This document shows positions 48,966 through 59,399 of a stretch of 64,000 bases of DNA, one piece after another. The notes below the pieces were generated by a model. That model was given only the letters and a program-made list of their open reading frames with translations. It did not search any database and was not told where the DNA came from. The DNA comes from Candidatus Cloacimonadales bacterium (GTDB lineage: Bacteria > Cloacimonadota > Cloacimonadia > Cloacimonadales > JAFGVF01): assembly GCA_963663475.2 (NCBI GenBank), contig CAXXJV010000001.1, forward strand, positions 320,001 to 384,000, read 5' to 3'. Both the position numbers and the translations under genes were made by a program. The first letter of the stretch is position 1. Every line of letters starts with the position of its first letter.

Positions 48966-50477
48966 TTAGAGTTTATAGGAAATACCAAAATGTAGTACAT
49001 TTTCTGAAAGTGAGCTTGTACTATTATCATATTCATTAGCAATCATAGATTCATCAACTTCAAGTTCAGTCTTAAGATTGAGTTCATATCCAAGATCAAG
49101 GGATAATCTTGGATTAACGTTTAAGCCTAATCCCATAGTGATATGATTTTCCACAACAGCAGGGAATATTGGAAGAACAGTCTCTTCAGGTACAGGATTA
49201 TTACCAAAATTATAACCTGCTCGAACATTAAACATAGGGTTAATAGCATATTCAGCACCTAAAGCAATTACGAATTGGTCATCCCATTCCATTGGCATTG
49301 CCAGCTCTAAATCTTCAGAACCCATCATTGTGTTAATATTTTGATTATTACCATTTTTGAACTTCATTTTAAATTCTTCCATGGAGTCTTTCCAGCCAAT
49401 CCATTTTACATCAGCAGCTAAAAGTAATTGTGGATTTGCCTTATAAGCTAAACCAAGACCAATCTCTTGTGGCCAAGACATTTCCACTTCTGCATCATAA
49501 TCAGCTATCATTCCTAAAGTCATATCAATACCCATAGCGGATAGTTGTTGACCTACCATTTGCTGAGCTGTAGCTACATCAGGAGCACCTTGTTGCATGG
49601 CACCACCAACCATCATTTCATAAGCTTGTCCAAACTGAGCTGTCATATCCATAGAAGCATCACCTTCAAAGGTTAAAGTTGCTTTTGAATTATAAGCAAA
49701 ACCTAAGCTTAAATCTTCATTTACCTTGTATGAGAGGCCTAGTCTAGCCCCAAAGCCCATTGCTGTAGCACCATCTCCCATATCTGCATAAGCAGTTACT
49801 TCTTCATAGCCTAGTCCACCTTGATCCATAGGAGAACCGAACATAGCGCCAAAAGTCATTCCTGTTTGAGAATTAGCCACACCTTTCATTTCTGATGGCA
49901 TTATTGAATATGGCATTTTCATCTCCAACATTGCATAGCCAAAACTAGGTGAAATTCCTATTGAGAAATTCTGATTAACCTGATATGCTAATGTTGGCAT
50001 GACCTTAAGATAAGCAATCATTGAATGATATTCTAAATCATCAATATAGGCATCGTTTTGAGTAGTTGGATCCATATCATACTGTCTAAAAACTGCATGC
50101 TTTACATCTTTATAAGTAGCTCCCATTCCTCCTTGTGAATAGAATCCTAAACCAAATGTTAGAGGATTTTCAGAGCCATGAACATAAGAGAAATTGGGAA
50201 GAGGAAAGATTTCACTTTCTCCTTCTAAATCATTCAAAGAGTTTTCGAATGTTACTTTAGGAATTAATAGACCAAGGGTTAAATCAAATTCTTTATTCTT
50301 GAAAAATGATATTGCTGCTGGATTTGTATTTACAGAATTAGCATCATCAATCAAACCAAGACTAGCTCCACCCATGGATGATGATCTTGGACCGTAACCT
50401 ATCATATTCATTCCGTTTGTAGCAAATAAGAAACTTGTGGCGACTAAAATAATAAGAATTATTAGATTTCTTTTCAT
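48966..50477 (-). CDS. FadL/OmpP1-family outer-membrane transporter
   Basis: ATNGMNMIGYGPRSSSMGG, NPAA hatch motif, RAGYN, terminal aromatic strand GISYKL. Confidence 0.9.
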   Translation of the reverse strand: MKRNLIILIILVATSFLFATNGMNMIGYGPRSSSMGGASLGLIDDANSVNTNPAAISFFKNKEFDLTLGLLIPKVTFENSLNDLEGESEIFPLPNFSYVHGSENPLTFGLGFYSQGGMGATYKDVKHAVFRQYDMDPTTQNDAYIDDLEYHSMIAYLKVMPTLAYQVNQNFSIGISPSFGYAMLEMKMPYSIMPSEMKGVANSQTGMTFGAMFGSPMDQGGLGYEEVTAYADMGDGATAMGFGARLGLSYKVNEDLSLGFAYNSKATLTFEGDASMDMTAQFGQAYEMMVGGAMQQGAPDVATAQQMVGQQLSAMGIDMTLGMIADYDAEVEMSWPQEIGLGLAYKANPQLLLAADVKWIGWKDSMEEFKMKFKNGNNQNINTMMGSEDLELAMPMEWDDQFVIALGAEYAINPMFNVRAGYNFGNNPVPEETVLPIFPAVVENHITMGLGLNVNPRLSLDLGYELNLKTELEVDESMIANEYDNSTSSLSENVLHFGISYKL

Positions 50478-50608
50478 ATGTTCCTCCCGAAACTTAGTGT
50501 TTTGAAATATTATAATTATTATAAACTGATTTAGCTAAATAACAAGTTATAAATGAGATAATAATATTATTGTCTGATTATCGTAAGTAATATTTAACTA
50601 GTTTTTTA

Positions 50609-50706
50609 CCCAGATAGTGTGGTAGAGCTTTAGTAATAATTCGCTAAAGCTAGGCCCTCAAAAGAATAATATTATGCTATTCTGAAAGATCTATTGCATT
50701 ATTGGG
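50609..50706. mobile_element. MITE-B, internally deleted copy
   Basis: CCCAGATAGTGTGGTAGAGCTTT ... AAAGATCTATTGCATTATTGGG. Confidence 0.75.
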
Positions 50707-50777
50707 AGAATATGCTGTTCATAAGATTATGCTTGACATTCTCCAGCAAGTACAATTAAATGTACTTATTGGAGGAG

Positions 50778-51371
50778 ATGATGATTATTACTCACATAGA
50801 TTTGTTGGAGAGACTTAAAGCTTTTGCCTCTCCTAAAGCTAAAATTACTAAATTGATTGAGGCAGAAGACTTAATTCAACTCAAGAGAGGTCTGTATATT
50901 GATAGCAAGTCAGAAAATGAATCCTTGTTTGAAATTGCTAACACCCTCTACGGACCATCCTATATTTCATTTGAGAGTGCTTTATCCTACTATGGATTAA
51001 TACCGGAGAAAGTACAGATTGTTATGAATGCTTCCTTTAAGAAAAATAAGACAAAAACATACCAAACTAAGTTAGGAAGTTTTCATTATTATCATATTCC
51101 AGCTTCAGTCTTCCCTTGGGCAGTAGATAAAATAGTTGACCATAGCCATAGCTTCCTCATTGCTACTCCAGAAAAAGCATTGTTAGATACCCTATATAGA
51201 ATAAGCAAATATGATGGTGATTTAACTGAGCTTCTCATTAATGACTTGCGTATAGACCAAGACTTGCTAAAAACTTTAGACATAGAGGTACTTAAAGATT
51301 TAGCAGCTAAATATAATAGGAAAATTTGCCAGGACTTTACCCTATGGCTAGAAAAGGAGTACTTGTCATGA
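50778..51371 (+). CDS. AbiEi-type antitoxin/transcriptional regulator (type IV TA)
   Basis: LKRGLY, PSYISFESALSYYGLIPE, IATPEKALLD; ATG placed after GGAGGA. Confidence 0.9.
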   Translation: MMIITHIDLLERLKAFASPKAKITKLIEAEDLIQLKRGLYIDSKSENESLFEIANTLYGPSYISFESALSYYGLIPEKVQIVMNASFKKNKTKTYQTKLGSFHYYHIPASVFPWAVDKIVDHSHSFLIATPEKALLDTLYRISKYDGDLTELLINDLRIDQDLLKTLDIEVLKDLAAKYNRKICQDFTLWLEKEYLS

Positions 51372-52234
51372 TAAATCCAGTTATAAGAATGCTAGAAAAA
51401 TACGATATTAAAAGCCTAGAAGATAAGAAAAATGCTTTAAAAGAAATTCTTCAAGAAATTGCTTTACTAGGCCTTTTCCGAGGTAACTTTTTTACTAAAG
51501 CTGCCTTCTATGGTGGAACTGCTCTAAGAATTTTTTATGGATTAGATAGATTCTCTGAAGACTTAGATTTTTCTTTGATTGAGCCAGATAAGAAATTTGA
51601 TTTATATAAATATTTATCCTTTATTGAAAGTGAATTAGGTGCTTATGGTTTTGAAATGAAAGCCGAACAGAAAATCAAAACAAATCAGAGTGATGTAATG
51701 TCAGCATTTATCAAAGGAAACACACTTGTAAATTTGTTAAAAATCAAGCCTGAAAAAAATAATGGATTACAGATTAATCATAATGAACAATTAAAAATCA
51801 AGTTAGAAGTAGATATTAATCCACCTCAATATGGTGAATATGAGGTCAAATATCTACTTAATCCCATTCCTTTCTCAGTAAAGCTCTTTTCTGAATCTTC
51901 ACTTTTTGCTGGAAAAATTCATGCTTTACTTTGCAGACCTTGGAAAAACAGAATTAAGGGTAGGGATTTGTATGATTATACTTGGTATTTAGCTAAAAAC
52001 TCACCCCTAAATCTTATACATCTTGAAGCAAGGATGAAGGCATCAGGACATTTAGCCCAGGATTCAACCTTAACCAAGCAAGATTTATTAGAAATGTTAC
52101 TGAAAAAATTTTCTTTGATAGACTATAAACAAGCAAAACAAGATGTTCTACCATTTATCAAAGATAGTGAAAGCTTACAAGTTTGGTCGCAAGATTTCTT
52201 TGATAGCATTACAAACTTATACTTTAGAAACTAG
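51368..52234 (+). CDS. AbiEii/AbiGii-family nucleotidyltransferase toxin (type IV TA)
   Basis: FYGGTALRIFYGLDRFSEDLDFS, KIKLEVD, GKIHAL, KGRDLYD; ATGA overlap with the antitoxin gene. Confidence 0.93.
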   Translation: MINPVIRMLEKYDIKSLEDKKNALKEILQEIALLGLFRGNFFTKAAFYGGTALRIFYGLDRFSEDLDFSLIEPDKKFDLYKYLSFIESELGAYGFEMKAEQKIKTNQSDVMSAFIKGNTLVNLLKIKPEKNNGLQINHNEQLKIKLEVDINPPQYGEYEVKYLLNPIPFSVKLFSESSLFAGKIHALLCRPWKNRIKGRDLYDYTWYLAKNSPLNLIHLEARMKASGHLAQDSTLTKQDLLEMLLKKFSLIDYKQAKQDVLPFIKDSESLQVWSQDFFDSITNLYFRN

Positions 52235-52247
52235 GGTTGTAAAAATA

Positions 52248-52304
52248 TGGTCTGAGGGCATCTTTCTGCCCTCAGATTGTGGAAGCAAGCATACTTCCAC
52301 TCCA
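52248..52304. repeat. REP-like palindrome pair
   Basis: TCTGAGGGCA...TGCCCTCAGA and GTGGAAG...CTTCCAC between convergent genes. Confidence 0.6.
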
Positions 52305-52324
52305 TAATTAATATTTAGATCAAT

Positions 52325-53773
52325 CTATACTACCAGTAACAACTCTTTAATAAAAGTATAGATTTTAGATATATCTTCAATAAGAAGTTCTTCTCTTGGA
52401 GTATGCACATTTCTGATAGTAGGTCCCATAGAGATCATTTCCATATCTGGATATTTAGAGCCAATTAAGCCACATTCTAAGCCAGCATGAATCACTTCAA
52501 TAATAGGTTCTCTACCAGTAATTTTCTTATAAGTAGCCTTAGTTTTATCAAGGAGATTTGAATCCCAGATAGGTTCCCAAGCATTGTAAGGATCTCTATT
52601 TTCGACCCTAGCTCCTGTTAAGAAACCTAAGAAATGAATCTTATTTGTAAGAACTTGAAGCATTGACATAACGGAGCTTCTTTGGGAAGAGGTAATTACT
52701 ATTTGGTCTTCTTCTGTATTGATTAAAGCCAGGTTATTAGAAGTTTCAACTAAATCTTTGATTTGCTTAGACATTCTGAAGATACCATGTGGGAAAACAG
52801 CTAATACTTGCATGATTTTACTTGCAAATTCAGGAGTAAAGACTTTTCCTTTACCTTCACTTGCTATCAATTCAATAGTCATATTAGGATCAGAAGTAAT
52901 AAACTCCTTTCTCATTGTCTCTTGACATTGAGCTATAATATCTTTAGCATCTTCAATATCGTCAGGATTGATATAGATATCAATTTCAGCATTATGAGGA
53001 ACTGCATTATGAGCTATACCACCATGATAGTTACTGATTTCAATATCACAAGCTGAATCTAGTTCTATTATAACCCGATTAGCTATTTGAATAGCATTTG
53101 CTTGTTGTTCATTAATCATAACTCCTGAGTGGCCACCCATAAGCTTAGAAACTTTCACTTGCATCGCTGTGAAAGCATCACTTGGGTCTGTTAATTCTAA
53201 GGGGTAGTAGAGACGAGTCTCTTCCCCACCAGCACAACCAATAGTAAAAATGCCTTCATCTTCTGAATCAATGTTTAATAAATACTTACCTTTTAGCCAG
53301 TTTTCTTTGAGAGCAGCAGCACCAGTAAGACCTGTTTCTTCATCGACAGTAAAAAGAAGTTCTAAGGGACCATGTTTTGCTTCTTTATCAGTAGCTAAAT
53401 ACATAGCAATAGCCAAAGCAATACCATTATCTGCACCTAGGGTAGTTCCATTAGCCTTAAGCCAGCCATCTTCAATCTTCATTGTTATTGGATCTTTAAA
53501 AAAGTCATGCACAGTATCAGGATCTTTTACACATACCATATCCATGTGACCCTGCAAAGTTACTACAGCTTTATCTTCATAGCCAGGACTTGCAGGAACT
53601 CTTATTAATACATTACGAACATGATCCATTTCAGTTTGGAAGCCTTGTTCTTTCCCCCAATTAAGTAACCATTGAGAGATTTGCTCTTCATTCTTAGACT
53701 TTCTAGGAATCTTATTTATAGCTTCAAATATCTCTAAGACACCTTGTGTAATAGAATCTTCTGAATATTTCAT
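52325..53773 (-). CDS. pepD: Aminoacyl-histidine dipeptidase (M20C)
   Basis: LQGHMDMVC, TTLGADNGI, DEETGLTGA, NIDSED, IHAGLECG. Confidence 0.96.
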   Translation of the reverse strand: MKYSEDSITQGVLEIFEAINKIPRKSKNEEQISQWLLNWGKEQGFQTEMDHVRNVLIRVPASPGYEDKAVVTLQGHMDMVCVKDPDTVHDFFKDPITMKIEDGWLKANGTTLGADNGIALAIAMYLATDKEAKHGPLELLFTVDEETGLTGAAALKENWLKGKYLLNIDSEDEGIFTIGCAGGEETRLYYPLELTDPSDAFTAMQVKVSKLMGGHSGVMINEQQANAIQIANRVIIELDSACDIEISNYHGGIAHNAVPHNAEIDIYINPDDIEDAKDIIAQCQETMRKEFITSDPNMTIELIASEGKGKVFTPEFASKIMQVLAVFPHGIFRMSKQIKDLVETSNNLALINTEEDQIVITSSQRSSVMSMLQVLTNKIHFLGFLTGARVENRDPYNAWEPIWDSNLLDKTKATYKKITGREPIIEVIHAGLECGLIGSKYPDMEMISMGPTIRNVHTPREELLIEDISKIYTFIKELLLVV

Positions 53774-53841
53774 TATTACCTCTTATTTATTTATTTTTAT
53801 ACGATTATACTTGAAGTGATTTTTTTGGCAAGAAGATTTAT

Positions 53842-54002
53842 CCCAGATAGTGTAGTAGAGCTTTAGTGAAGAGTGCAGATTATTCTAGCAAAATAGCTTA
53901 CAGAATTTTGACGCATATAATTTATATATTCGGAGAAATTATGGAAGTTACCTTTGCAGAAGAATATAGTGCTATTCACAAAGGTCTACTGCACTATTTG
54001 GG
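53842..54002. mobile_element. MITE-B, free-standing 161-bp copy
   Basis: Near-identical to 37269-37429; flanked by TTAT/TTAT. Confidence 0.9.
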
Positions 54003-54006
54003 TTAT

Positions 54007-54906
54007 CTATAAAGTAATAATCACATCATCATCGTCATTATCATCTTGGGGAGGAAGCTTAGACCTTTTGAAAACTCTCCTAATCCAACCCCAAATAAAG
54101 ATAAGTGGGAAGATTAATCCAATAAAAGTCCCCATAGTATAGATAACATTAAGAATAATCTTCTGTTTAAAGTCTTTCTCAAAGTCATTGTAGAATTTTT
54201 CTAAAGACATGGCAAAAGACTGATTAAATGCTATGTTAAATCTAGGATTACTTGTAAAAATAGCAGAAAAGTCCAGCTTATCTTGCTTATACAAATACTC
54301 TACTGCCATGGCAGATTTTCCATAAAAACTAGATAGTTTTCTCTTTTCTTTGGGATAGTGCCTTTCCATCTCATTAATAGGAATTATCTCATTACTAAGG
54401 TAATCTAAGCCTAAGGAATAGACCATATTACTAGTAAATTGCTTAGAGAAATGAATGGCCATTCCTTCATGAAACCAGAGTGGGGCATCCTTAAAATGAT
54501 AATCTATGAAGGCATGGATATACTCATGATGTAGTATCTGATAGAAAGTCTCCTTATTAGCAATTTCTAAGAAACTCTTTATATAGATAACAGAATCTCT
54601 TCTAGAATAAAAAGCATTAGCATGTTCTGTTATTCCACCAAAAGTTGCAACTAAATCCTGAAAATCATTCTTATCATGACTGAGATATATCTTTTGTCTA
54701 AACTTAGGATAAACTCCTATGTCCATTTGGAATCTATCTATCAATTTAGGAAGATGATCCATTATTTCTTTTGCTAACCACTTATCATTCTGGTTGGCAA
54801 CTACTTCTATCAGGTCATTCTTAAAGGATAACTTCTGAGAGTTTAAAGGTAGAAAACTTAGAATTAAGGTAATTATTAGTAATAGACTTCTCAATCTATT
54901 AAGCAT
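54007..54906 (-). CDS. Peptidase MA-like zincin with C-terminal TM segment
   Basis: Signal peptide; LHHEYIH and PLWFHEGMA motifs; hydrophobic C-terminal helix. Confidence 0.85.
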   Translation of the reverse strand: MLNRLRSLLLIITLILSFLPLNSQKLSFKNDLIEVVANQNDKWLAKEIMDHLPKLIDRFQMDIGVYPKFRQKIYLSHDKNDFQDLVATFGGITEHANAFYSRRDSVIYIKSFLEIANKETFYQILHHEYIHAFIDYHFKDAPLWFHEGMAIHFSKQFTSNMVYSLGLDYLSNEIIPINEMERHYPKEKRKLSSFYGKSAMAVEYLYKQDKLDFSAIFTSNPRFNIAFNQSFAMSLEKFYNDFEKDFKQKIILNVIYTMGTFIGLIFPLIFIWGWIRRVFKRSKLPPQDDNDDDDVIITL

Positions 54907-55807
54907 TAACCTTTTTTCCTAAAGCAGCAAGATAGATAACAAATTCACTTTCTCCATCAAACCCTAAATAATCGTTAATGAATTCATCTATAAATGCACC
55001 AATACCACAAACTCCACAAGTTATTGATTCTCCAGCTAGGTATAAGTTTTGACAAACATGGCCTGCATCTAGGTGAAGATAACGCCATGATCGTGCTGTA
55101 TAACGCCAAACTGTTCTGTTGGGTATAGCAGACCAAATAAAGTTAACTGATGCTGTCTTGACCATATTTTGACGCTGACAGGCTATCCACAGCTTTTCAA
55201 GTGTCTCTGGATTAGAATCCAAAAGAACAAGATTATGTTTAAGAGCATTATAAAAATAGAGTCCTGGCTTAATACCCTCTACCCTATTAATATAGAGATA
55301 AGTTTCAAAAGGATGCCTTGCCCCAGCTGAAGGTACTGTTCTAAAAGTTACTGAATTTTTAGCACTTTCTTTTACTTCCTTCACTCCTTGAGTCAGCCAT
55401 AAGAGATATGAGAGTTCATCTTTTGTTATCGCTACTTGAGAAAATTCTCTTATCGACTTCCTATTTTCCAGGATAGCTCTAAAATCATTATGTTGTACCT
55501 GAATAGTTTGTGGGTTAGGTAATTTAATTACTTCCCCTTGCATCACTTTAGCAAGTTCAGGCTTAGGAATACCTTTCATCTGGTCTGATACATTTGTGTA
55601 TAAAGGAGATGTTAATTCCATAAACTTCTGACCGATAGTATCAACTTCTTGATTTTTTGCTTTTACTTCTTCAACCTCAGATTCATATTCTTTGACTATT
55701 CTAGCATAATCTTCATCATTTACTTCTATTTCATCTTGAATAACTTTATCTTCATAACCACGTGATTTCATTCTAAGATAAAAGAATCTTTCTCTTACTT
55801 TATCCAT
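54899..55807 (-). CDS. SagB/ThcOx-family nitroreductase-like dehydrogenase
   Basis: RKSIREF, RTVPSAGARHPFETY, LDAGHVCQNLYL, GIGAF. Confidence 0.93.
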   Translation of the reverse strand: MDKVRERFFYLRMKSRGYEDKVIQDEIEVNDEDYARIVKEYESEVEEVKAKNQEVDTIGQKFMELTSPLYTNVSDQMKGIPKPELAKVMQGEVIKLPNPQTIQVQHNDFRAILENRKSIREFSQVAITKDELSYLLWLTQGVKEVKESAKNSVTFRTVPSAGARHPFETYLYINRVEGIKPGLYFYNALKHNLVLLDSNPETLEKLWIACQRQNMVKTASVNFIWSAIPNRTVWRYTARSWRYLHLDAGHVCQNLYLAGESITCGVCGIGAFIDEFINDYLGFDGESEFVIYLAALGKKVNA

Positions 55808-55981
55808 TTTTTACCTCACTAATTATTGTTTTAGGTTATTATAATGACTTATTGCTATTGTGTCAAATGAATGTTTGATAAATAGCTAATAATGAAACTA
55901 TAATATTAATCTAAAGTAGGACTACTAACAAAAAGTTACTCCACTATTTGGGTTAATTTCGCATGCTTAGTTTTTTATGAC

Positions 55982-56254
55982 TCATGTATTCCTCTTTTGG
56001 TCATTCTTGAATAAAATAATTAATGTTATACCCATGACTAATGACCAAGAGGTTAACAACATCAGTAGGGGATAAATAAGCCTTATTTGTCCCCAAGCAA
56101 TCCATGTAACTATTATAGTTCCCCCAAAGGAAGCTCTAATCGCATCAAAACACCGTAAAATAATTTCTCGCCTTTGATTTGCAAACAAAACTCCTAAGGA
56201 TATAATAGGCATAAGAAAAATAACTAGCTCTGATAACAAATATTCATCACTCAT
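55982..56254 (-). CDS. Small hypothetical membrane protein
   Basis: RBS AGGAGG; about three hydrophobic segments. Confidence 0.6.
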   Translation of the reverse strand: MSDEYLLSELVIFLMPIISLGVLFANQRREIILRCFDAIRASFGGTIIVTWIAWGQIRLIYPLLMLLTSWSLVMGITLIILFKNDQKRNT

Positions 56255-56411
56255 AGTTCCTCCTATTTACAATCAAGCTAATTCTATAAGTAATGTCAAT
56301 AACTTTTTGTTTTTTATCATCTTCGATATAAAATAAAGTAATTAAATTCTTGACAAATCATTCTTAAAACTCATTTATGATTTAACCTAAATAATTTCAG
56401 GAGGAGTAAAA

Positions 56412-57821
56412 ATGCTACCCAAGAATATTAATTCAATTTTTGATCATGCTAGAGGTTTTAAAGTTTATCCAAGAATAATCCTAATTCTAGTTTTCTTACA
56501 ATGTTTATCACTATATGCAATAGAGGGTATAGCTCCTGAAAATTTTAATGAAACAAATGCAGGCACTAGTGAAAATCCATTTCTTATCTCTCAATTTGAA
56601 AACCTTGTATGGTTATCAGAAAATAATGAGTTTTGGGGCGACAGTCAAGAATCTTTTTATTTTGAACAAACACAAGATATTGATGCTTCTGAATCTCTAT
56701 CTATGAATAATGGTTCTGGATTTCATCCTATAGGTTACAAAGAGGCAATTTCTGATGAAGAGGTGATTCAAGTTCCATTTACAGGGAACTATAATGGGAA
56801 TAATTTCACAATTACCAATCTGCATTCAGATATATCCTCGACTGATCTGATACAAACTGGATTGTTCGGTTATTCCTATGATGCAATATTTGAAGGTATC
56901 AGTTTAAACAATAGTTCAGCTAGCACTGATTATACACTAACTTCCTTATTTGGTATTATTGAAAATACTAGTGTGACTCATTGTTCTGCAAATAGTAGAA
57001 CTGAAGATGGAACGTTTGGAGGATTAGCGTTTGCAGCTATCAACAGCAGTATTGAAAAATCTTTTTCTACTTCAACAATCTCAAATAGTGAGGGAAACAG
57101 TGGTGGATTAGTTGCTGTACTAAGTAATTCAAGCATAAAAAATTCATATTTTATAGGAAGTGCAGTCAACTGTAATATGTTTGGTGGAATTGCAGGAAAC
57201 GTACTTAATAATTCAGAAATAGAAAATTGTTACGCAAGATTTAGTATTGAAGGGAACTCTAATGGCGGTCTTGTAGCATTTCTGAGAATGGGTACAAGTA
57301 TCACTAATTGCTTTTGGGATAGCGAAACTTCTCAGATTAATAATGCTGTTTTTTACAACGTTGAAGGCGGAGATATTGTAAATTCAAGTGGGTTAACTTC
57401 AGAAGAAATGCAAACTGCTTCTCCATACCAAGATGCGGGTTGGGACTTTGAGACTATATGGAGTATTGACGAATCAACAAATTGGGGGTTACCCTTTCTT
57501 CAGGAATCAATAATTTCATCAAATGACCATTTTTCAGATATGATTGAAGTCATAAACATTAGCAACTACCCAAACCCTTTTAATCCAGAAACATTTATTT
57601 CATTTCAGATTAAAAAGGCTTCTAATGTTAGGCTTGATATCTTTAATCTTAAAGGTCAGTTGATTAAGTGTCTGAAAAATCAAAAATTACCAGCTGGTAA
57701 TCATACAGTAGTTTGGAAAGGTTATAATAAAGATAATCAAAAAATGCCTTCAGGCATTTATCTTTATAAAATTACTAGTGACTATGGAAATCAAATCAAA
57801 AAAATGATATTAATGAAGTAG
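56412..57821 (+). CDS. Secreted GLUG-motif beta-helix protein with FlgD-Ig/T9SS-type CTD
   Basis: GTSENPFLI, FTGNYNGNNFTITNL, repeated GGLV/GGIA, CFWDSETS, AGWDF; C-terminus NYPNPFNPETFISF...KKMILMK. Confidence 0.9.
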   Translation: MLPKNINSIFDHARGFKVYPRIILILVFLQCLSLYAIEGIAPENFNETNAGTSENPFLISQFENLVWLSENNEFWGDSQESFYFEQTQDIDASESLSMNNGSGFHPIGYKEAISDEEVIQVPFTGNYNGNNFTITNLHSDISSTDLIQTGLFGYSYDAIFEGISLNNSSASTDYTLTSLFGIIENTSVTHCSANSRTEDGTFGGLAFAAINSSIEKSFSTSTISNSEGNSGGLVAVLSNSSIKNSYFIGSAVNCNMFGGIAGNVLNNSEIENCYARFSIEGNSNGGLVAFLRMGTSITNCFWDSETSQINNAVFYNVEGGDIVNSSGLTSEEMQTASPYQDAGWDFETIWSIDESTNWGLPFLQESIISSNDHFSDMIEVINISNYPNPFNPETFISFQIKKASNVRLDIFNLKGQLIKCLKNQKLPAGNHTVVWKGYNKDNQKMPSGIYLYKITSDYGNQIKKMILMK

Positions 57822-57906
57822 AAATTAATTAAATAATAAGATACACTAACGAGATCAATTTAGCTCCATTAATTTGGGGCTTTTTATTTTAAGTTCATTA
57901 ACAAGC

Positions 57907-58662
57907 TCAAATACCTATAACAAATAAAGCAATCACCACCATAATTATTAAACCAATTATTTCTTTAATAGATAGTTTGCACTTATATTGAGTCCTCTCA
58001 TCATTATAGCCTTTTGCTTGGTAATTCAAGGCTATAGCATCAGCATTTTGTAGCACTCGAAAAATTAATGAGCTAGCAAGAAAGGATATTTTCCTAAAAG
58101 GATTCTTAGAATTATCAATACATCTAGCTTTTTGAGCTTGTTTGATCTGACCATATAAATCAAAAATGATAGGTATTTGAGCAAGAACTAAAGAAATCAT
58201 CGTTGCTAATCTAGTAGAATTTACAAGAGGTATTCTTCTAAAGATAACTTCCAAAGCAATATTTATTTCTTTTATCCTAGTTGTTGCTATAAAAATAATG
58301 CTTAGCAAGGTAAAAAGAATAAGTTTAAGAATAAATGTTAAGGAGGTAAGTAAAGCAGAAATATCAAGATGATTAAGATAATAAGCTTGATTTCTAGTGA
58401 TACTAAAAGATGAAAAGAAGATGATTAAAGGTATTATTATAATAAAATAAGGTAGTTCTTTTAGTAAAAGAATAATTTTAATTCTGGCAATTATGATAAG
58501 AGAAAAAACAAGAGCATAAAAAAAGATAAAAGAGATGTAGTTTTTGCTAAGATCTTGCAGGGAAATAGTCATACTACCCAAAAGTATCATAGCAAGAAGC
58601 TTTGTTAAAGGGCTTAATCTATGTAAGAGACTAGTATTATTGATATAGTTAAAAAGTATCAT
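57907..58662 (-). CDS. ECF transporter T component (BioN/CbiQ-like)
   Basis: SLLHRLSPLTKL, AQKAR, AKGY motifs; multi-TM. Confidence 0.88.
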   Translation of the reverse strand: MILFNYINNTSLLHRLSPLTKLLAMILLGSMTISLQDLSKNYISFIFFYALVFSLIIIARIKIILLLKELPYFIIIIPLIIFFSSFSITRNQAYYLNHLDISALLTSLTFILKLILFTLLSIIFIATTRIKEINIALEVIFRRIPLVNSTRLATMISLVLAQIPIIFDLYGQIKQAQKARCIDNSKNPFRKISFLASSLIFRVLQNADAIALNYQAKGYNDERTQYKCKLSIKEIIGLIIMVVIALFVIGI

Positions 58663-59399
58663 CTAAGCCAGGTCATTTCGCTTTTTAAACATTTGGGAAT
58701 CTTGATAGGGTAGTTTGCTAATTGACTAGGTAATTGCTCATGCTTGATTTCTTGATCAAAGAGAATTTCCCCCTTCCCCATAATTATTAAACGGCTTGCA
58801 TGGGCAAATACTTTTTCTAAATCATGACTAATCACTAAAATACTTTTTCCCCCTCTATGTAGTTTAAGCATTTGATTTAATACTTGCTTAACTCCTGAAT
58901 AATCAAGACAGTTAAAAGGTTCATCAAAGATAATTAGATCTGGATTCATACATAAAACCCCAGCTATAGCTAGTCTCTTCTTTTCTCCACCAGATAAACG
59001 AGAAGGAATCCTTTTCTCATATCCTTCTAAACCAACAGACTTAAGACTTTGCTTAACCAGGCAATCAATTTCTGTTCTCTTATATTTTAAATTCTCCAGT
59101 CCAAAGGCTACATCATCATATACTGTCTGCCCAACTATTTGAGTATCTGAATCTTGAAAAATCAATCCAACTTTCTTTCTCACTTCAAGTTCTTGTTTAC
59201 CAATAGGTATATTATTGTAGAGTATCTGCCCATGACTAGCTTTACGGATTCCATTTAGAAGAAGGCTTAAAAGACTCTTTCCAGAACCATTCTCTCCTGT
59301 AAGAACAATAAATTCCCCTAGTTTTATTTCTAAAGAAATTGATTTTAAGGCTTTATTGCCATTGGGAAAAGTATAGGATACCTCTCTTACTGAAATCAT
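58659..59399 (-). CDS. ECF transporter ATPase (BioM/CbiO-like)
   Basis: GENGSGKS, DVAFGLEN, LSGGEKKRLAIAG, FDEP. Confidence 0.92.
   Translation of the reverse strand: MISVREVSYTFPNGNKALKSISLEIKLGEFIVLTGENGSGKSLLSLLLNGIRKASHGQILYNNIPIGKQELEVRKKVGLIFQDSDTQIVGQTVYDDVAFGLENLKYKRTEIDCLVKQSLKSVGLEGYEKRIPSRLSGGEKKRLAIAGVLCMNPDLIIFDEPFNCLDYSGVKQVLNQMLKLHRGGKSILVISHDLEKVFAHASRLIIMGKGEILFDQEIKHEQLPSQLANYPIKIPKCLKSEMTWLR

Noticed and set aside
42424-55807. RiPP cluster built from TldD/TldE and the SagB-type dehydrogenase
   Set aside because: The genes are ~10 kb apart on opposite strands, with no YcaO or precursor peptide; both families commonly occur alone.
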